From Chara braunii (lineage: Eukaryota; Plantae; Charophyceae): a stretch of 64,000 nucleotides of DNA. Under the pieces are notes generated by a model. That model saw only the letters and a program-made list of their open reading frames with translations, searched no databases and was not told where the DNA came from. Location: NCBI GenBank assembly GCA_003427395.1, contig BFEA01000034.1:727292-791291 (forward strand). The letters are read 5' to 3'. The translations under genes were made by a program, and so were the position numbers. Of this stretch, positions 12,111 through 24,800 are shown in pieces. How positions within the stretch are numbered: position 1 is the first letter of the stretch; every line of letters begins with the position of its first letter.

Positions 12111-14863
12111 GTTGTTTTAGAAGGCCCCAGATTCTCTCTCTCATTCCCTTCACAAATTATCACAAGCCATCCAGAACGGAAAAGTACGTGTCTGTGTGTG
12201 TGTTTAACTCTGTGTATATGTGTATGTGTATGTGTATATGTGTGCTTTTGTGTTAGATTTTCACCACAACAGCCCATGTTCCACCAGATGAATAGATCCA
12301 GAATCGGCACATCCTGACCTTTATTGCAGACAATGAAGAGCACTTGAGATGAGTCAGTCCAACAATGAAACAACTTTACCTCTAATGCAAGCAAAATGAA
12401 TCATAAATGATCCGTTAAATCTCCTCCTTGACTATCTTTGCTTTGGGTTTCTTTGGGAGAGCCCTTTCATTTGTTCTTGCAGCTCCCCTTTTACTGTGCT
12501 CTCACGTACAAGGCTCTACGGTTGAGCATGAGCCAGCCACATCCCTGTGTACCATAACGGCCAACTTGCACAGTATGCGAGGCAGAGCAAGGGAGGAGTA
12601 ATACTCCTGTTCATTTTTCGTCAGATCTTCAACTTATATTTTGTCTGTTCCCTTAACGATGCTCATTCGTATCCATTTACTAGTACACAAGAAGAGGGGG
12701 TGAGGAACGCGGCAGGGTTCTACAGAAAGCGAGGGGCAGAGGAGGGAGGAAGGGTGGAGAAAAGAAGTGGAGAGGCAAAGAACAGAACGAAGGAAAGGCA
12801 GACTACAGGCTTCCCAATACTCACGGCTTGAGCAGCCTACTTTAGAATGGCACAGGAGGCCAGTCAGTGTTTGGGTTGCAGAAGAATTCAAGTTGAGGAG
12901 CCGCCATTGCCTATGGTAAGAAGCCAGCCCTACAGACCGGAATATGACTGGTTGGCTTGTGGACTGTGGAAGCACCGAATCAAATTCTCACAGATGCAGT
13001 CGCTGCATCGAATGGCACGGCGTAGACATATGTCACAGGCTGCATGGCTCCTACATGCTAGGTACACAGAGACACCCCAACCACAATTGCAACGGCATTC
13101 CCATTCCAAGCCGTCTACAAATTGCACATGACATGTCCGTGTGACATACACAAGTGCAATGCTGATTGTCATCAAACATGTGAACACAAAAAGTCGCATG
13201 GGCTATGGCTTCATAATCCTCACGACACAAAGCATGCGAATCACATGCTCGCCGGATCTCAGGTGGGCCATCACAGAGCGGAATCGAGCAAGTTTCTTGC
13301 GTTTCCGCAGTCGTTATTTCCTCTCTATGGGCAAGCGACGGAGGGCTAATCCAGGGAAAGGGTGTTTAGCTGTTGCAAAATTTGGTCTGTAACAGCTCGC
13401 CCTGGCAGTGATAACCTTTCAGTACACCGCACTGTAGGGGGTTCATGTGACAGGCAATTTTCCTCCTCAGGCTGCTGTGTCTATTGTTCGACTAGGAAGG
13501 ATAAAGGAATCTGACAGCAGTTGCAGCAGGTGTATGCCCAACGCTGCATGTGGGACATGCTAATAAAGGATGGGGCAGATGATGGCATTGAGGATAGTAC
13601 ATGCAGTCGAGACAGATACTTTCAATCACAGCTTCCTGGAAACATTGACAAAACATGGCATGTCGCTGACATGCCGGCCGGAAACCAGGCTGACATTCAC
13701 AGCTATTTAAGCATGGCATGTCAAAGCCACAACGGCATATAGGCCAAGTACCAAGTGGGTGGGGGGGATGAGTGCAAGACAATGGGTCACAGTTTTTTAC
13801 TGCAGAGGCTGGCCACGACAATGGAGCAGATTTTTACCACAGATGAGTAGATCCAAAATCGAATGCGAGTTGTAGATTTTCACCACAACAGCCCTGTTCC
13901 ACCCAGATGAGTAGATCCAAAATCAAAGCCGCTTCATCTCTATTGTAGACAACAGAGCACACTAAAGATGCGCCAATCCAAGAACGAAACACTTTTACCT
14001 CTATAACAAGCAACATGAATCACAACAGATCCGTTATACCCCTTTTGTTTGTCTTTGCAGCTCCCTGTTGCCTCTGACATACAAGGCTGGCCTCTGTAAA
14101 TGTGGTTTAGCGCTTATACCGGCCCGCTTGGACGCTATAAAAGGAGGCAGAGTGAAAGGGGAGGAATACTGCTGTTCATTTTTCTTCAGATCTGCTTATA
14201 TTGTCTGTTCTCTTATGATGCTCGTTCATATGCATTCACTAGTAGTACACAAGAGGGAGGGAGGAACGGGGCAGGGAATGCAGTTCTATAGGAACTGAGT
14301 GGTGGGGGAGGGAGAAGGGGAAGAGAGGGTAGTGGAGGGGCAAAGAGCGGAACAAAGGAAAGCCAAACTTCAGAGGGTTCTCAATACTCGACCCTGTAAC
14401 AGACAACTCAACAATAGCATGAGAGGCCAGTCAGTGTTCGAGTTGCAGGAGACTTTGATTTGAGGAGCAGCCATTGCCTATGGTATGTGGCCGCCCCTAT
14501 AGACCGGACAGGACCTGTTCGGGTATGTAGACTGTAGAAACCACATCCAATTCTTGCAGTTGCAGTTGCCGAACCGAATGGCACGGTGAATGTCACAGCC
14601 CGTGTGGCTCCTACATGCTACAAACACAGAGGCACACCGGCCGCAACTGTATAGGAATTGCAATTCCAGCGCGTCTGCCACTTGGACATGACCTGTCAGG
14701 GTACCCTAGATGAGTGCTATGTTAACTGTCATCATACGTATCGCATTGGCTATGCCTTGAGTTGCCTTCATACTCCTCAACACAAAGCATGTGAATCACA
14801 CACTTGCCGAATCTCAGCTGGGCCATCACAGAGAGGCATTGATTAGCTGTTGCACGATTTGGC

Positions 14864-15020
14864 CTTCCATAGAAAATATTATTCTTGAATTGGGCTATGT
14901 CGAATAAAGAATCTTGCATTCTTATTGATTATTTTTGAGTGAACCATCTCCCAGAAGAGATCCTAAAATAATTGCTTTACATCGACCCAACAAAGATGTA
15001 AGTTTTTTCTTTACGAGCCA
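14864..15020 (-). pseudogene. LAGLIDADG homing endonuclease fragment (organellar intron-ORF type)
   Basis: Translates as RCKAIILGSLLGDGSLK / frameshift / KNARFFIRHSPIQE*YFLWK; GSLLGDG plus the downstream HS..Q..Y..WK pattern fits the LAGLIDADG_2 type. Confidence 0.75.
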
Positions 15021-15206
15021 AATTGATTGCTGAGACACGAAGTGCTGCGCCCTCACCTACATACTCTCTGGGTGCTGGTCACGATTCTCTCTCCGGCCAG
15101 CCGAAAGAAACCAGTTTTCTGGTGACCAACCTTCAACGTGCTGATCTCCAACCTCTGTATTCCAATTGGAATGAAGAAAGTCGCGTCGTAGTAGCGCCTT
15201 GGGCGA

Positions 15207-15369
15207 TTTTTGGGTGGTTGGTTGCCCATCACGAATATGACTATTTTTTATTGGATTCCGGGCTCAATTCGGTTCAGTATATAGGCTTTCTGTTTTTATA
15301 TATTTGGGTTCGTGCAGCATTTCCACCATATCGTTATGATCAATCAACGAGACTTGGCTGGAAAGTCTT
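15207..15369 (+). pseudogene. nad1: Mitochondrial NADH dehydrogenase subunit 1, C-terminal fragment
   Basis: [21 protein letters not shown] / frameshift / [27 protein letters not shown], matching the plant Nad1 consensus [20 protein letters not shown]. Confidence 0.92.
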
Positions 15370-15452
15370 ATCAAAGAGCCAGGTCAGGCGGGTCACACGA
15401 CCAAAGCCTGTCAGTTGCATTAATTTAATTCACAAAAAACAAAACCACACAT

Positions 15453-15577
15453 ATGCTACAAGGAATCAATTAATTCGGCATGGTAGAGAATCAAAACGGC
15501 GTACACAACCTACTCGAGATTTAAATCGATGTCCTCGAAAGCAGGGAGTATCCCTTCGTTTTCTGTAAGAACACCAA
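15453..15577 (+). pseudogene. rps12: Mitochondrial ribosomal protein S12, N-terminal fragment
   Basis: M-(frameshift)[34 protein letters not shown]..SVRTP, matching plant mitochondrial Rps12 ([12 protein letters not shown]..KRRT.RTRAL..CPQKQGVCLRVSTRTP). Confidence 0.88.
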
Positions 15578-17015
15578 CAGACCGCCCTGGCAGTGATCAC
15601 CTTTCAGTACAGCGTATTGTACGCCGTTCATGTGATAGTTATCTTCTACCTCACGCTTCTGTGCCTGTTGTTCATCTGGCAAGGATGAAGACAATCCAAC
15701 ACATGGCATGCTGCTGACATGCCAGTAGGAAAGCACGCGGACGCTCACAGTTATTTAAGCATGGCATGGCAAGGTCACAACGGCATATTGGACAAGGGAG
15801 TGGGGGGATGAGTGCTAAACGTGTTGCACTTTTCGTGGCAGAGACTGGCAGTGACCATACCTTTGTAGTGTTCGGAGAAGAGATTATATTGTGTGCTTGG
15901 TAACCGAGCTACAGCTGTGTGGAGACAAAAGGCATAGCACAGCCATCATCCTCTAGAGAGAGCCCTTCACTACCTGTGGTAGAATCTGTCCGATCTACAC
16001 AGGGAAGGGACGTTGCCTGGCCACAGCAGGATTGTTCTCTCGGAGCTGTAGACCTCGCAAGTGCACATCCAAATACTGTTCCTGATTGACCAGCCAGACT
16101 GAGTGGGATTCTCCCACTTGGTGATAGAAAGAGTTAATGTTTCCCAACATGTGCACCCTGCCACCATTGTCCCATAGGGTCCGTGAATTATCCGCAAAGG
16201 TAACAGCACTGAATGACCTAGATGATGCAGGACGTACTCATAAGTATTTGAGTACATGTCTGCCATGTAGAGAGCTGGAGTTGCAGTCGACTTCCCATAC
16301 ATCCCATATACAAGACGTCTAGGTTTACGCCAGGCACATACTGTTAGCATCTGCGCAGACTGCACGGTGCTCTTCTTCTATCCAGCGGACAATGTCTACA
16401 AAACCAGAGACGGTATAGGGGTTGCAATTGTAAGCGACGAGACACATAGCACACACATGGGCCTCGCTGTAGCACTATAAGATCATATGGTTCCATTCTT
16501 CTGCAGATTGCACACCAGGGGAAGATTCATTTAATTCTTCTGCAGATTGCACTGCAGGGGGAGATCCATTCGGTCTTGACAGTTGCTGTCATGTTCGTCT
16601 GGCTGTATTACCTCCATTGGCTCCTGTTGGGGGCTTTCATCAAAACCAAAAGGTGGATCATTGTCAGTTGAGCAATCATGACTGGTAGGTGGATGAGAAG
16701 TGGGTGGGTCAGATGCAATCGTAATGTGCTAAGAGTGGCTACTAGGCATGCAGATGCTGCACAGGTCGGTGCAAATTCGTGTCTGGAGCACATGCACTGG
16801 TCACCACATTGTGGACATCAGACTGGGTCTGTACTATTCCCGAAGCAACAACATCGTTCCGTACGATTATAAGCATCGCACTGGAGCTCGATGATCATTC
16901 TGTTCACGTACAAACAAGGCCACCGTATAGGAGCTGGTAGTGGACATGTGGAACGTCTATGCCTACGACGCCTGTGTGATGGCCGATCTGACCACGAATG
17001 CATTGATTGGAGCCT

Positions 17016-17430
17016 GCAAACGTCTGGTCATGGCCACACTCAGCTGCCACCGACCAGAACCCACAGATGCCAGCAGGTCTGGATAGCTCCATGTCCCACC
17101 TGGCCGGGTGTGGCCAGGCAATGGGAGGATGGCCCTGGGCCGGGTTGGGACCAGTTCCAGTGAAAAAAAAGGGCCAGTTGTCGGTGGCCTTCTATAAAGA
17201 AATCGAAAAAAGGGGGGTCATGACCACGTGCAAAAGTCTGGTCATGGCCGCACCCAGCTGCCCCCGACCAGACCCAACAGATGCAGGCAGGTCTGGCTAG
17301 CCTCATGTCCCACCTGGCCGGCTGTGGCCAGGCAATGGGAGGATGGCCCTCAGTCAGGTTGGGACCAGTTCCAGTGCAAACAAGAGCCAGTTGTAGGTGG
17401 CCTTCTGTAAAGAGAAACCAAAACAGGAGG
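17016..17430. repeat. Two ~214-bp diverged tandem copies
   Basis: GTCTGGTCATGGCC...CATGTCCCACCTGGCCGG...GGGACCAGTTCCAGTG...GGTGGCCTTCT occurs twice. Confidence 0.85.
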
Positions 17431-18190
17431 GTGTGGAAGGGTCAAACCTGGCTCGGATCACCCGCCACGAAGATATGTACATGTGCAGGAGTCTACACGT
17501 ACCCCCCACTACGTTTTTCATTCTTACCCCCCTGGCCGCTGATCTTTCAAGATTGATGTCCTGGGAAGTAAGGCCACCAGAAGCAACATTGCAGGCAAAA
17601 GCCACCAGTTTGCATCATTTGGGAAAATGTTTGAATGGCGCAGTTTGGCTCCCATACCCTTCCAGTGCCTGGTGCGGGCCAAAGCCGACCTGCTCTACGA
17701 ACAGAGCTCGACACTGTTCAATGCTGCACTTCACACTGTACAGCAATTGCAGTTTGGCTACTGGACGTACCCAGGCAGATTTGAGGAGTTCCACGGTTTC
17801 GTGGTCCGCAGTGACGAGGTAGGTCCAACCTCCACAACATGCTCCTCTTCCGCCTGTTTATTGTCCGCATCCTCTCATCTTCTGTTTCCTTCGTTCAGCT
17901 CTGACACCCTCCACTTCATCTTCTGTTTCCTCAGTTCCGCTCTGTTTCTCCGTTCAGCATCAGATATGGCCAGTTTCAGGCCAGACCCGACAAGGTTTCA
18001 AGGGCTCCACTCATGTAAACAAAATCATGCAAATATGACCACAGCAGCGAAAAGATTTGCTTACCATTCAACTCAGTGCCGACTTTCAAACATTTGAGGG
18101 ACAGGTGCAGCATAGGTGAGCACGCCCAGCAGCAGCGGCAGAGTCCGTTGGGTGGAGGCTGAGCAAAGAGGTGCAGTGCGCTCGAGTCAG

Positions 18191-18236
<46 letters not shown>

Positions 18237-18238
<2 letters not shown>

Positions 18239-18274
18239 GTCTCTTATACACATCTAGATGTGTATAAGAGACAG
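18237..18274. other. Nextera mate-pair junction adapter (assembly artefact)
   Basis: Exact CTGTCTCTTATACACATCT+AGATGTGTATAAGAGACAG (two Tn5 mosaic ends) at a contig end beside a gap. Confidence 0.98.
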
Positions 18275-19652
18275 CCTCAACCCCACACGCACCGAGCAGC
18301 TAAAAATNNNNNNNNNNNNNNNNNNNNNNNNNNNNNNNNNNNNNNNNNNNNNNNNNNNNNNNNNNNNNNNNNNNNNNNNNNNNNNNNNNNNNNNNNNNNN
18401 NNNNNNNNNNNNNNNNNNNNNNNNNNNNNNNNNNNNNNNNNNNNNNNNNNNNNNNNNNNNNNNNNNNNNNNNNNNNNNNNNNNNNNNNNNNNNNNNNNNN
18501 NNNNNNNNNNNNNNNNNNNNNNNNNNNNNNNNNNNNNNNNNNNNNNNNNNNNNNNNNNNNNNNNNNNNNNNNNNNNNNNNNNNNNNNNNNNNNNNNNNNN
18601 NNNNNNNNNNNNNNNNNNNNNNNNNNNNNNNNNNNNNNNNNNNNNNNNNNNNNNNNNNNNNNNNNNNNNNNNNNNNNNNNNNNNNNNNNNNNNNNNNNNN
18701 NNNNNNNNNNNNNNNNNNNNNNNNNNNNNNNNNNNNNNNNNNNNNNNNNNNNNNNNNNNNNNNNNNNNNNNNNNNNNNNNNNNNNNNNNNNNNNNNNNNN
18801 NNNNNNNNNNNNNNNNNNNNNNNNNNNNNNNNNNNNNNNNNNNNNNNNNNNNNNNNNNNNNNNNNNNNNNNNNNNNNNNNNNNNNNNNNNNNNNNNNNNN
18901 NNNNNNNNNNNNNNNNNNNNNNNNNNNNNNNNNNNNNNNNNNNNNNNNNNNNNNNNNNNNNNNNNNNNNNNNNNNNNNNNNNCCCCACAATCTCCTAGTC
19001 CTCACCCACAACACCGGCGACAGAGAGAGAGAGAGGTGGCACTTCCACACGCCTGTTTGCACAAAGCTAGTACTCTGGTCAGCCTGCTTGTAGCTTTCTG
19101 GGCAGCACAGCCCAGAGCCTGGGCTGCAAGGAAATGGGCGTGCCAAACTGCACGCTCTCTCTGGGCACTGTCCAGAATGGCAAATGCCAACAGCCCTCAT
19201 TTCACTTTTTGGACAGCGCCTGACCCAGCGTAGAGTGTATGGGCCTCTCTCCATTACACAACATTCCAAATGCATCTGGCACTGCTAGATGCTCCCCACA
19301 AATTAGAAGCGTTAGGTCAGGACTCAAGATTCAAACGCAGTCCACATACTTTTAGAATGCTGTCTAGGGGAGCGACGCACAATTCGTGCCTGGATGCAGC
19401 TTTGGGTTCCTTTTTTTTTCCTTCAGAGAATTACCTCGGCCCCTTGCCTATTTCCAGGGTGCTGCCTGCTTTTCCCTTCGCATTTTCCGGGACACCATAC
19501 ATTAGAATCAGAGGTCGCAGATGGGATACGGCATTACACCAATCAGGAACCGGCTGTAAAAAAAAACAACATTTTTCCCCTTGCAGATAGCAGATGGCAA
19601 AAGAAAGCAACAGGCAAAGTGACAGGGAATCCAGCAAAAATACACCAACCCA

Positions 19653-21629
19653 TTGATCGACTCTCGTGTGGTTAGAGAAGAAAAAGCCAGGGAAGATCTG
19701 TTGTGGGACTTGGACGCAGTCCGAGAACAGGCAGAGCAGGAATACAGCAAAGAACCAGCAGCTCTTCAAGAATTGCTGAGACGATTGGAACAAGAGGCCC
19801 AACAAAAAAGGGCCAAGACACAATCGGACAACAAATGCCAACCGGATAACCTCCAGGGGATGACAGAGATGGGCCTCAAAAAAAGGAAGGCAATGGATTT
19901 GAAGGAGAAGAAGGGGACAGAACAAACCCATGCAGAAGAGGGAGGGAGAATTACGGGTTCTGATTCCCTCGATGACGGGGCAGACAGCAAAGCAAGCAAG
20001 GGCAGAGAAGGGACAGGGGAGACAGCCACGGACAGAGCATCAGAGTCCCAGCGGTCGCTTCACCGGTTGAGGGAATATATCGAAAAGGCCAAGGAGGAGA
20101 GAGAGCACGCTTTTGATATCAGAGCAGCCTGTCTGAAGCACATCGAGAGATCGCAGAAAAATGGGAAGAATGGGACAATCGTTGGCATTGAAAAGTCAAA
20201 AAAACAGTATGACACACTAAACAAAGCGAAGGCAGAGGAATTCTCTAAACACACTGCTTTCAGTTATGCACAAAAAAAGAGGGCAAGAGAACAAGGGTTG
20301 GCAGACGAGGAGGAGAGAGAGCACGCTTTTGATATCAGAGCGGCCTGTCTGAAGCACATCGAGAGATCACAGAAAAATGGGAAGAATGGGACAATCGTTG
20401 GCATTGAAAAGTCAAAAAATCAGTATGACACACTAAAAAAAACAAAGGCAGAGGAATTCTCTGAACACACTGCTTTCAGATATGCACAAAAAAAGAGGGC
20501 AAGAGAACAAGGGTTGGCAGACAAGGACAAGACCAAAGACCACTTTGGTGTTGATGACTGTCTGAAGCACATCGAGAGATAGCAGAAAAATGGGAAGAAT
20601 GGGACAATGGTTGGCATTGAAAAGTCAAAAAATCAGTATGACACACTAAAAAAAGCGAAGGCAGAGGAATTCTCTGAACACACTGCTTTCAGATATGCAC
20701 AAAAAAAGAGGGCAAGAGAACAAGGGTTGGCAGACAAGGACAAGACAGTCATCAACACCAAAGACCACTTTCAGGATCTGCGCCCAAAGAAATGGAAGAC
20801 ACGGAAAAATCAGAGAAAGAAGGAACCAAACTCGGATCAAACAGAGGCAGAAGTGGGACGAGCACGCTCACTATTGGAAAAAGAAGTGGCTGTGGTTGTG
20901 GCCCAAACAGAAAAACTAATTAAGAGGAATGCAGAGTTCAAACCAGAATTCACTACCATTCAACACATCGCCAATGGGAAGGCACCACATGTGGTGGCCT
21001 CGGCCAAATCAGCAAGACTGACATTGATGGACACCCGCCCGCTGATTGCGGTCAGGTATGTCGAGGAAGAGTGAGAATGGCAGATCACCACAGATGTGTC
21101 CTTCACAATCCCAAGGATTGAGGAAGGACAGAATGTCACCAGTATTCTTCAGGAAAAGGTAACAGAGGGGTTACCAATGGGCGCGTACGAAACAGTTGCC
21201 CGGGACATTGGTCAGGAGGACAGATCTTTCCAAGCCGGCCATGAGAATCAGCAGGACCATCCTATGCAACAAGAGAGGCACTCCACTCGGGCCTTATCCC
21301 CCCTGATCACAAAGCTGTCAGAGGAAACCAAGCTGAAGAGTGGGATGATGTGGAGGCCTTGGAGGACAGTAACGGCGATTCCATACAGCGTGCTGGCGGG
21401 ACCCGACATTCCAGCAGAACTGTTGGCGGTCTCGATGGCACAACTATTGACTTCTGGGATTCTGAAGGGAGACAACGATCTGGACTCGAGAGCGTTCGCC
21501 ATAGATCTGGACAGATATTACAGAAGCAATTACTCTGAGAGCGATATGGAGTGGCAAGACGAGGGCAAGGGAGCAGGTTCGGAGCCGACCCTTGTCCCAG
21601 GACAAGGAATCAATGGAAGTGTAGGATAA
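19653..21629 (+). pseudogene. Putative LINE ORF1 remnant (interrupted; K/E-rich; three ~72-aa repeats)
   Basis: Long co-oriented ORF pieces directly upstream of the endonuclease; no RRM or zinc knuckle recognised, so the assignment is positional. Confidence 0.55.
20093..20746 (+). repeat. Three in-frame tandem repeats (periods 216 and 213 bp) in ORF1
   Basis: TCTGAAGCACATCGAGAGAT at 20132, 20348 and 20561. Confidence 0.92.
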
Positions 21630-21825
21630 TACAAGATAAACGATTCGATCACCACATCGCAACAGGACCCGTCGGATGATGCATCAACATGGATGGGTGC
21701 GAGCGATCAGGCTCCCTCCTAGGCTGTCTACCTCTATGATTACACCCCTGCCTATTCCTTGTAGCCTTAATGATGGAGACTTTAGAAAGGGGGCAAACAT
21801 GAAGGAAGACAAGGTGGACTGGAAG

Positions 21826-24800
21826 ACACAAGGGGTAGTCATTAGGAGCTGGAATATCAATGGCCTCTGAATCATTCTCGACAGAGAAGAAAAAATGAAT
21901 GACATAATCAAAGGACTTACCGTTCACACAAATAAACTAGCAGATATCATATTGCTGCAAGAAGCTTACCTTGCTGCAAGAAACTCACCTCACCTACTCG
22001 ACAGAACACAACAGAATTCAAAAATTCTTATCAAGGAAACTGGGAGGAATGAAGGACGAAATATGGTCCTTAGATAATGCATCAAGCACGAAAGGAACAG
22101 CCATCCTTATACCCAAATCTTCCCACCTATATACGACAGGGTCGATAGTGGGCAAAGAAGCGACACGTTAGACGGTAGATGGTTATGGATGTAAAGTGGA
22201 AAGAGGAAGAGTTCAGAATAATCAATGTATATGCACCAAACAGCTTTTCAGACAGATCTGCACCGGACATTTGATCCCCCTTTTGTCGTCATGCATTTTG
22301 GCCGGTGATTGGAACGCAACTATAAACCCAACCACGGATCGTATATCGAGTTCCTCGGCTGGTCAGCTCACACAGGAGGTGGTGCCTATCCAAAAGTTGA
22401 TGTTGGACTACAGTCTAGTTGAACCTTACTGTACTTTGCATCCGGGGGCAAGAGCCTTTACATTGGTTAAAAAGAACCATGCCCACCACACCGCTTTCTC
22501 CTTCATTGACTACTTGATCTCAGGGACACTAATGGGGACAGCCAAAAGCGTTGAGATCCTGCCCCTTACATACCCAGGTCTGGATACCAAACCCATCAAA
22601 CTCTAATCAACTTCGAGCAGTATGTCAAGAAGGGGTCTAGCTTTCACAAACTCAACAACTCCCTCCTACTGAGTCAGACCTTTCAGGTAGGAGTTTAAGT
22701 GTTGGCAAAATTTGAGGGGTGCCTACCTACCCATTCAAGATCGGTGACAGTGGTTTCAAGAAAGTTACTCCACATTCTCACAGACGGTTGCTAGAATTTC
22801 AAGGAAATTGGCGACCGGCAGGAAACAAAGGAAGCAAGCATTCCAGATAGACCTCAAGATCGCAAAGACAAATCTGATTGATAACCCCTCTTCTGTACTT
22901 TATACCGATATTTGCAAAAAGGCAAGAGAATAACTCACTATGTGGAGATGGTGGGAATTGAAAGGACTACAAATAAGAGCCAGAATGAATGAATACAAGC
23001 TAAGTGAATCAATATGAAAACACTTTTTCGCAAGAATCAAAGCAAACTCAGGGGCTAACGTGATAGAAAGTCTGAAAACCCTCTCAAGGCCAGCTGAAAC
23101 AGTGACAGACACTAAAGGAATGTTGAACGTAGCAATGGAATTCTATGAAGAGCTATATCACACGAACACCCCTATGCCTACTCCGCCCAGCACAACAAAG
23201 GCCCGAACTAGGATGCTACAATACCTAGAACAAACGATATCTCAAAAACAAGCAGAAGCTCTGGACAAGCCCATCACCTTGGAAGAACTGCAAGGTGCTG
23301 TACAAAGTATGAACAACAACAAGTCACCAAGAATCGACGGGCTGACAAAAGAATTATGGGAAAAATTCTGGCCACACTTAGGAGGCGATATGTTGAACTT
23401 CTACAATCAACTAGCTTAAGGGGGGTCTGGGAAATCTACTAAGTAGTAGCGTATTCACATTGTTGTACAAAAACGGGAAAAAGAAGATATCAGGAACTAT
23501 AGACCCATCTCGCTTTTAACCCTTCCCTATAAGATCCTAGCCAAAGCTTTGGCCTTTCGAATCCTAGACCTGACAGACAAATGCTTTCATATAGACCAAA
23601 TAGGCTTCATCCGTGGAAGGTACATCTTGGACAACGTACTGACCATCAACGAAGCGGCCAACAAGGTGAGAAAAAAAAGGATAAACACAGCAATTCTTTT
23701 TTTCGGTTTTGAAAACGCCTACGACCAGGTCAACTGGCCCTTTCTTAATGCAAGCATGGAAAAGATGGGAGTGGGCCCAAATTTTAGGAAGTGGTTGCGT
23801 ATTTTGTACAATTATGCCATAAGATGCGTCCAAGTCAATGGATTGCTATCTGACTGCTACCCAATCTCTCGGTCAGTTCGCCAAGCGGACCCACTAGCCC
23901 CCCCAACCCTCCTCTTCGTGATGGAACAATAGCCTCATTCCTACATAAAGGTTCCTCCATACGCATGCTGTCAGAGGTCAATGTAGGAACAGCCCACCAC
24001 CTACAGTTCCCGACAATAATAATGTTTGCAGACGATCTCACGGGCCTCATAAGAGCTTCGGACTCGTCGTTCGGTGCATTAGTAAGAGCAATGGAAGCTT
24101 TCAAACTGGCATCAGAAATGAAGATCAATTGGAAGAAAACAATCGGCTGGTGGCTATCGGATGAGGAGATTCCCCAGCTTCAAGGCCCCAAGGCAGACAT
24201 GACTTGGGAGAAACTGGAGACCCCTACTCAATATCTGTGTATACTGCTGACAAAAGACGGCTTTACCCCTCAAATGGCCCAAAACATACTCGTTAAAGAA
24301 ATTAACAAACTAGGCAGATGGGGTAGCACATTCACATCATTGCTGGGCCGAGCACTTAAATCAACACATCTATTTTTTCAATGATGTGGTATATAGCGTC
24401 AATCTGGAGTGTTCCGAACCATACACTCAAAAAACTTATGGTCAGGAGACCCCAACAAAGAGAACTGTATACCAAAGATAGCCTGGCACTACACAAGGGA
24501 ACCAGCCAGAGGAGGTCTTGGTATCATAGACCCCAAACAGGAAACCAAAGCCCTACAAGTTAAATGGATAGTCAAATTTCTGACAATACCTGGTACGACA
24601 TGGAATAAACTGGCCTTGGATAGCATCAGGAGCCTAGCACCGGTAGCCTCACCAGCAAACATGTCCAGTCTGTTCTGGGTGATGACCAAGGAATAGAGCC
24701 CACGCACACGGGGCAGAAATCAGAGAAGAGGAGTCGGTCCAAATGAAACCCGGGCCCCCACACCATACTGGACGACATTGCTACGGATATGGTTGGAAGT

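Larger units (their letters stand above)
14864..15577. other. Mosaic nuclear insertion of mitochondrial DNA (NUMT)
   Basis: Three organellar gene fragments in mixed orientation within ~0.7 kb; absent from the paralogous site in duplication copy 1. Confidence 0.88.
12254..15858. repeat. Diverged tandem duplication of a ~1.3-1.6 kb non-coding segment (copy 1 ~12254-13820; copy 2 ~13873-15858, including the NUMT)
   Basis: Collinear shared blocks, e.g. TAGATTTTCACCACAACAGCCC, GAGGCCAGTCAGTGTT, GTTGAGGAGC-GCCATTGCCTATGGTA, CGCCCTGGCAGTGAT, TATTTAAGCATGGCATG. Confidence 0.85.

Noticed and set aside
15023-15568. 181-aa ORF as a novel nad1-rps12 fusion protein
   Set aside because: Starts at TTG, lies antisense in an intron, and includes only partial in-frame pieces of decayed fragments; most likely a chance open frame.
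18237-18274. Tn5 mosaic ends as a real transposon or horizontal transfer
   Set aside because: Exact synthetic junction adapter at a contig end with mate-pair geometry.
18116-19275. Long ORFs spanning N runs (also 38982-39306 and 61009-61851)
   Set aside because: Artefacts of translating assembly gaps.
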